Below are positions 47,943-53,195 of a DNA stretch of 53,195 nt, one piece after another; position 1 is the stretch's first letter; every line of letters begins with the position of its first letter. The DNA is taken from positions 1-53,195 of the forward strand of contig JAHEII010000007.1 in NCBI GenBank assembly GCA_024639485.1, written 5' to 3'. The notes under the pieces were generated by a model. The model was not told the origin of the DNA. It saw only the letters and a program-made list of their open reading frames with translations, and did no database searches. The stretch comes from Alphaproteobacteria bacterium (lineage in GTDB: Bacteria; Pseudomonadota; Alphaproteobacteria; Puniceispirillales; UBA1172). Position numbers and translations under genes: made by a program.

Positions 47943-49418
47943 ATGCTATCTTATAGCCAGAAATCTTCGCCAGCCAGTGTGATCATTTTCATGATCATTA
48001 TCGGCGTTGTCATGTTGCGTAGTTATGCGGTTTTTGTCAGCCCGCTTCAGTTGAGCGTTGACGAAGCCCAATACTGGCTATGGAGCCTGACCCCGGATGC
48101 CGGATATTTCACCAAACCGCCCATGATTGCATGGGTGATCAGCATTGGCACCAGTCTGGCCGGATCAGCGGAATCAGGGGTGCGAATTATGGCGCCGGTT
48201 TTGCATGGCATCACGGCATTGGTATTATGGCGACTAGCGGCATATTTATATCACCCTGCCGCTGGACGACTAGCCGCGCTTGGCTGGATATTCCTGCCCG
48301 CCGTCGGATTAGGCAGCTTCATCATGTCAACGGATACGCCGCTTTTGCTATTTACCAGCGCCATGATACTGGCGCTATCGCCGCTTGCTATGGGCAAATC
48401 ACCCGGCATGACCGGTTTCTGTCTGGCTGGCATCATGCTTGGGCTTGGCTTTCTGTCCAAATATGCGGCTATATACAGCCTGATTAGCTTAGCGTTGATA
48501 TGGCTATGTCAACCATCCGTCCGGCGCTTGATGCGAATATCGCATTGGGGCGTATTTATACTTTCCGCGCTTATTGTTTTAAGCCCCAATATCATCTGGA
48601 ATTGGCAAAACGGTTTTGCCACGGTCGCCCATCTGGAACATAATGCAAATATTGAACAGACCAGTATATCGGTGACATCAGGATTAAATTTTCTGCTATC
48701 CCAGGCTGGCGTTATCGGGCCGGTGTTGATACTTGCGGTCATTATGGCCATGGGCGCAAGAGGCCGGCATATCGGGTTCTTATCAGCGTTTATTCTGCCG
48801 CCGGTGATTGTTATTACCATACAGGCCATGATCAGTGATGCGAATGCAAACTGGGCGATTCTGGCATGGCCACCAGCGCTTATTCTGGTGGCTAGCTGGC
48901 TTTGTGATGATACCAAACATGCAAACGGAATCATAAAGCGTTCATGGTGGCTGGCCGGTATCAGTGCCAGTAACTTTGCGTTGGTTGGTTTACTATGGCT
49001 GACCAGCATTACCGGACATCTTGGCCATTTGACTCCGGCATCTGATCCATTGCGGCATTTGCGTGGGTGGGACACCCATCACGCGGATATTAACGCATTC
49101 ATGCATCAGCATCCCGCCAATATCATTATTACTGATCGCCGTGTAACTACGGCTTTATTAACCCATCAATTCAGAGATACGGATATCAGAATACGCATCC
49201 ATGATGCTGATCTTATTCCCAGCAATCATTACGAAGCTTATTTCCGCTATATCCCATCACCAGAAAACAGTCCGGTTCTGCTGGTAACAGAAAACAACCA
49301 GCCGCTTGATATTCCGGGGGTAGTCTGGACAGATGCCCGTTCGATTAGCCAGACCAGTATCAGCTATCGCCACAATCGTATTCTGTATCTTTATGCCGGA
49401 AATGTTGGTGGGCAATAG
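47943..49418 (+). CDS. glycosyltransferase family 39 (ArnT/PMT-like) membrane protein
   Basis: 491 aa. DEAQYWLWS in the first periplasmic loop is the GT-C DE motif. At least 10 TM helices are followed by a soluble C-terminus. Confidence 0.8.
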   Translation: MLSYSQKSSPASVIIFMIIIGVVMLRSYAVFVSPLQLSVDEAQYWLWSLTPDAGYFTKPPMIAWVISIGTSLAGSAESGVRIMAPVLHGITALVLWRLAAYLYHPAAGRLAALGWIFLPAVGLGSFIMSTDTPLLLFTSAMILALSPLAMGKSPGMTGFCLAGIMLGLGFLSKYAAIYSLISLALIWLCQPSVRRLMRISHWGVFILSALIVLSPNIIWNWQNGFATVAHLEHNANIEQTSISVTSGLNFLLSQAGVIGPVLILAVIMAMGARGRHIGFLSAFILPPVIVITIQAMISDANANWAILAWPPALILVASWLCDDTKHANGIIKRSWWLAGISASNFALVGLLWLTSITGHLGHLTPASDPLRHLRGWDTHHADINAFMHQHPANIIITDRRVTTALLTHQFRDTDIRIRIHDADLIPSNHYEAYFRYIPSPENSPVLLVTENNQPLDIPGVVWTDARSISQTSISYRHNRILYLYAGNVGGQ

Positions 49419-49428
49419 TTACGGATTA

Positions 49429-49899
49429 TCAATCCTGTTTCCGGCCAGTCATCTGTTTGAATACCGCCAGTGTTTCATCGCTGATGTGATGCTCCATGCC
49501 TTCGGCATCGGCATCTGCCGTAATGGGATCGACACCGATAGATAACAGAAAATCCCGCAGAACAGCATGCCGCAGAGAACAGCGTTTTGCCAGTGTCTGG
49601 CCTTTATCAGACAGCGTAATAGGCTGATACGGAGCGGTAATGACCAACCCTTCCCGATGTAATCGCTGAATTGTTGCATTAACCGTTGGCGCAGAAACAC
49701 CGAATCTAGCGGCTAGATCGCTGGTTCTTGCCTCACCTGACTGGTCAATTAATTCAGCAATCATTTCTACATAGTCTTCGGCGACTTCTTTTTGATGCGC
49801 GCGGCGAATACGGTCAAAACGCGCCGCTGAAGTAGCAATATCACTATCCGCTGGCGTTTCCGCTTTTTTAGGTTCTGTTCCTTTTTTAGCTTTCATCAT
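49429..49899 (-). CDS. mntR: DtxR family manganese-responsive transcriptional regulator MntR
   Basis: EDYVEMIAELIDQSGEARTSDLAARFGVSAPTVNATIQRL is a winged HTH, followed by the metal-binding helices RHAVLRDFL..GV and EGMEHHIS. Confidence 0.85.
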   Translation of the reverse strand: MMKAKKGTEPKKAETPADSDIATSAARFDRIRRAHQKEVAEDYVEMIAELIDQSGEARTSDLAARFGVSAPTVNATIQRLHREGLVITAPYQPITLSDKGQTLAKRCSLRHAVLRDFLLSIGVDPITADADAEGMEHHISDETLAVFKQMTGRKQD

Positions 49900-50021
49900 A
49901 ACCCGCCTGATCCTTCTATCAACCTAGGCAAGTCCAATTCTGGACGCAAGGTGAAAATTCTCTTGTTATTCGGTTGTCTCACTGGCATGTCTAAAATATA
50001 ATATGTTTCCAGAGGGTACAG

Positions 50022-50306
50022 ATGACAAACACAGAATTAGAAGCAGCGGCATTCCGGCGACTCGTCAAACATTTGCAGGAACGGACTGACGTTCAGAATA
50101 TCGACTTGATGAATTTATCGGGGTTTTGCCGCAACTGCTTATCGCGCTGGTATCGCGAAGCCGCTGAGGACATGGGTATAAGCATGGATCAGGACACGGC
50201 CAAAGAACGGGTTTACGGCATGCCATATGCCGAATGGAAAGATAAATATCAAACCGAAGCCACCCCCGAACAAAAGGCTACGTTAAAGAAAAACGCCACA
50301 CATTAA
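50022..50306 (+). CDS. DUF1244 domain-containing protein
   Basis: ELEAAAFRRLVKHLQERTDVQNIDLMNLSGFCRNCLSRWY is the conserved DUF1244 core. Confidence 0.8.
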   Translation: MTNTELEAAAFRRLVKHLQERTDVQNIDLMNLSGFCRNCLSRWYREAAEDMGISMDQDTAKERVYGMPYAEWKDKYQTEATPEQKATLKKNATH

Positions 50307-50359
50307 CCGCAAATTTAAGGTGATATACCTGATTTGCCTAACAAGATGGACAAATAGAC

Positions 50360-50617
50360 ATGAATACAACTGCGATGAATGCTGGTAATCAGACTCCTGA
50401 AATGCTGCGTCAATTTATTGAGCGCGTGGAACGGCTCGAAGAAGAAAAATCCGGAATCCTATCCGATATCAGAGATGTTTATAGCGAAGCAAAGGGATAT
50501 GGATTTGATCCTAAAATCATGCGGCAAGTGGTCAAAATGCGTGCCATGGATAAACAGGATCTTGATGAACATGATCAGCTGATTGAAACCTATCGTTCCG
50601 CGCTTGGGTTAATATAG
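50360..50617 (+). CDS. gapR: GapR/UPF0335 (DUF2312) family DNA-binding protein
   Basis: LRQFIERVERLEEEKSGILSDIRDVYSEAKGYGFDPKIMRQVVKMR matches the family core almost position for position. Confidence 0.88.
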   Translation: MNTTAMNAGNQTPEMLRQFIERVERLEEEKSGILSDIRDVYSEAKGYGFDPKIMRQVVKMRAMDKQDLDEHDQLIETYRSALGLI

Positions 50618-50623
50618 GATAGC

Positions 50624-51502
50624 ATGATGGCTGGTTTTGCTGCCCGATTGACTGATTCTATTCGCGCCCGAAATTCGGTGCTATGTGCCGGAATTGATCC
50701 ACATATGGATCGCATCCCGTCATTATTCCAGCAAAAAGATAAAGCCAGCGCCGTGCGCGACTGGGCATTTGAGCTCATCCCGCTTCTGGCCGGATCAGCA
50801 CCTGTTATCAAACCTCAAGCCGCCATGTTTGAACAACTGGGCGTGCGGGGCATGCAGATTCTGGCCGATTTATCCCAAGCGGCGATGGCAGAAGGATTAA
50901 TGGTCATCATGGATGCCAAACGTGGTGATATTGGATCAACCGCGAAAGCTTATGCAGAAGGCTGGCTTGGCCATGATGCCGGATTCCCGTCCGATGCATT
51001 GACCATAAACCCCTATCTGGGCAGAGACAGCCTTGATCCATTTGTTGCCAAAGCCAGACAAAGCGATAGCGGGCTTTTTGCGTTGCTCCGCACAAGTAAT
51101 CCCGGCTCACAGGATGTTCAAATGATCCCGTCTGCTGATAACCGACCCGTTTTTCATCATGTGGCTGATATGATCCGGCCATTAATGGAAGCATTAACCG
51201 ATTCATCCGGATTCTCATCATTTGGTGTGGTTGTCGGTGCGACATGGCCCGAAGAATCCGTTGCCTTACGCCGCATGTTGCCAGAATGTCTTTTCCTTAT
51301 TCCGGGATATGGCGCACAGGGTGGCAGTGCCGCTGATGCCTTGGCCGGTCTGGTCAAAGGCCCGGAAGGATGGGAAGGCGGGCTGATCAATTCTTCGCGC
51401 GGATTAACCATGCCTGCCGATGCTGATGAAGCACGGAATCTGACCGACTGGCGACAGGCCATACAGCGTTCTATTAGCGATACTATCGCCGCTTTACGTT
51501 AA
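50624..51502 (+). CDS. pyrF: orotidine 5'-phosphate decarboxylase (type 2)
   Basis: 292 aa with LCAGIDPH, MDAKRGDIGSTA (DxKxxD active site) and LIPGYGAQGG. Confidence 0.9.
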   Translation: MMAGFAARLTDSIRARNSVLCAGIDPHMDRIPSLFQQKDKASAVRDWAFELIPLLAGSAPVIKPQAAMFEQLGVRGMQILADLSQAAMAEGLMVIMDAKRGDIGSTAKAYAEGWLGHDAGFPSDALTINPYLGRDSLDPFVAKARQSDSGLFALLRTSNPGSQDVQMIPSADNRPVFHHVADMIRPLMEALTDSSGFSSFGVVVGATWPEESVALRRMLPECLFLIPGYGAQGGSAADALAGLVKGPEGWEGGLINSSRGLTMPADADEARNLTDWRQAIQRSISDTIAALR

Positions 51503-51698
51503 AACCCCCCTTTTTTATCAATTTTTTATGCTTTTTTAGCTTTCAGCAGAGAATCTTTGCTGGCGTTAAGAATTTTTTAACTATTTTCCAATAGGATAGC
51601 AAAATAGGAATAGCAGGTAGTTGTGCCTATTCGACAGTAATTGCTTTGAAAAATGTAACCGAAACTATGCCATTTGCTCAGTTTTGAAAGTTTTGCTT

Positions 51699-52412
51699 AT
51701 GACCAGTATTAAGTCTCACCCTGTGCTAACTGACAGGGATAAATGTAAAAAAGGTATCGTTCGCTGGTTCAGCGAGCGACTAGGATATGGATTTATTGAT
51801 GTTGATAACAACGAAGTCTTTATCCATCGTTCCACCCTTACACAATTTGGTGCTACCCGTCTGCTTTCGGATGACCGCGTTCTTGTGACAATAGAAACAT
51901 CAACACGCGGATTAATCGTCGAAACGCTGCTTGGAATTGAACGTATGGCAATTGATGAGAGTCTGATCGCATCACACCCTGATGCAGATGAACATCCCGC
52001 TTATGTGAAGTTCTTTAATGAAGTCCGTGGATACGGCTTTATCGAAGTTGAGGGCTATGATCAGGATATTTTTGTTCATTCCCGTGTTGTTGAGCGCAAT
52101 GGGCTATCCACTATCTATGATAACCAGCGTCTGTTTGTCACGGTTGAACAGGGTGAAAAAGGATATCAGATCAAAACCATCCGGCTTCTTGTAGCAGATA
52201 ATACGAATGATCTTTCCCCAGAACATCTGACGGATATGTCATCCACAGATCAGGCTATTGTTAGTTCAGATAATGAAGCTGGCGATAATGAAACTGGCGA
52301 AAACATTCAAGCCGCATCAGATATGCCAAAAACAGATGCTGAACCCGATACCAGAATAGACGAAAAAATAGATGCCGAAACAGTTCCGGATATAGACACG
52401 CCTCACGATTGA
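51699..52412 (+). CDS. cold-shock-domain protein with two tandem CSDs and an acidic C-terminal tail
   Basis: CSD1 is GIVRWFSERLGYGFIDVDNNEVFIHRS and CSD2 is AYVKFFNEVRGYGFIEVEGYDQDIFVHSR, both with RNP1/RNP2-like motifs. A roughly 70-aa Asp/Glu-rich tail follows. I placed the start at the ATG at 51699. The ORF track begins at 51621. Confidence 0.8.
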   Translation: MTSIKSHPVLTDRDKCKKGIVRWFSERLGYGFIDVDNNEVFIHRSTLTQFGATRLLSDDRVLVTIETSTRGLIVETLLGIERMAIDESLIASHPDADEHPAYVKFFNEVRGYGFIEVEGYDQDIFVHSRVVERNGLSTIYDNQRLFVTVEQGEKGYQIKTIRLLVADNTNDLSPEHLTDMSSTDQAIVSSDNEAGDNETGENIQAASDMPKTDAEPDTRIDEKIDAETVPDIDTPHD

Positions 52413-52447
52413 TCAGCTATTTAGCAGTATCATAGGCGGTGATCCGG

Positions 52448-53195
52448 TTACTGCATCGCCAGCCATTTTTCTGCATCAAGCGCCGCCATACATCCCATAC
52501 CGGCGGCGGTGACAGCTTGTCTGTATATTTTGTCAACGCAATCCCCAGCGGCAAATACTCCCTCAACTGAGGTTTGGGTTCGGCCGGGGGCAACAACAAT
52601 ATACCCTTCGTCATCCAGATCGATATGATCACGGAATGGCGCGGTGGCCGGATCATGCCCGATAGCAACAAATAATCCATCCACCGCCAGCTCTTGTGTT
52701 GTCTGGTCTATCGTGGATTGCAACCGAACACCGGTTACCCCACCCATGGGGGCATCATCACCTAGCACTTCTTCGACCACATGATTCCAGATAATATTGA
52801 TATTGGCGGTTTTATCCAGCCGTTCCTGCATGACTTTTTCCGCACGCAAATGGTCACGGCGATGGATTAGCGTTACACTTTCACATAAATTTGAAAGATA
52901 TAATGCTTCCTCGACAGCGGTATTACCGCCACCAACAACCGCCACTTTCTTGCCACGATAGAAAAAACCGTCACAAGTGGCGCAGGCAGATACACCTTTA
53001 CCATTATAGGTTTTCTCACTCTCAAGCCCTAACCAACGCGCTTGTGCACCGGTAGAAATCACCACCGTATCCGCCAGATATGTATCACCACTATCCATAA
53101 ATAACCGGAACGGCCGCTGGCTAAAATCAACCGATGCGACCAGATCATATGCCACACGCGCGCCCACATGTTCGGCCTGTTGTTGCATCTGTTCC
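52448..53195 (-). CDS. trxB: thioredoxin-disulfide reductase (partial; the N-terminus lies beyond the window end)
   Basis: It has the redox-active [31 protein letters not shown] and the C-terminal [30 protein letters not shown]. The reading frame stays open to the window edge. Confidence 0.92.
   Translation of the reverse strand, partial: EQMQQQAEHVGARVAYDLVASVDFSQRPFRLFMDSGDTYLADTVVISTGAQARWLGLESEKTYNGKGVSACATCDGFFYRGKKVAVVGGGNTAVEEALYLSNLCESVTLIHRRDHLRAEKVMQERLDKTANINIIWNHVVEEVLGDDAPMGGVTGVRLQSTIDQTTQELAVDGLFVAIGHDPATAPFRDHIDLDDEGYIVVAPGRTQTSVEGVFAAGDCVDKIYRQAVTAAGMGCMAALDAEKWLAMQ

Overview
This 53.2-kb window looks like an alphaproteobacterial chromosome of moderate GC. The assignment rests on co-occurring lineage-typical small families: UPF0262 next to hisD, DUF2948 between hisG and murA, DUF1013, DUF465, COQ9 divergent from rpsU, DUF1244 and GapR/UPF0335. 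No species is claimed. Coding density is high and most content is housekeeping:
- yacG-rng-maf-infA, hisG-hisD, murA, purE-purK, metA, rpsU, pyrF, trxB (partial), and tRNA-Phe and tRNA-Thr.
- A tightly overlapping pepF / ABC1-kinase / pntAA-pntAB-pntB operon.
- Valine/propionate catabolism genes: an mmsB-like dehydrogenase, thiolase, Lrp-mmsA and methylmalonyl-CoA mutase alpha and beta.
- A small accessory catabolic cluster: MOSC, DCC, MBL, thiolase, Ldh2/DpkA-like reductase, LhgO-like flavoenzyme and MFS.

I saw no CRISPR array, IS element, integrase or recognisable defence system.

The most unusual region is 33.6-37.4 kb. It holds four genes with no family I can name. Three have N-termini resembling class III (prepilin/pseudopilin) signal peptides: two of the G|xSLxE type and one GspK-like without Glu+5. 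They sit in an odd forward-reverse-forward-forward arrangement and are followed by an acidic, probably disordered protein. No prepilin peptidase, ATPase, platform or secretin gene is present in the window.

Secondary curiosities:
- An AT-rich islet of small membrane proteins after tRNA-Thr.
- A perfect intrinsic-terminator-like hairpin in the leader of a SAM methyltransferase.
- A lysine/alanine-rich tail on PntAA.
- A double cold-shock-domain protein with an acidic tail.
- A gene-free stretch next to tRNA-Phe.
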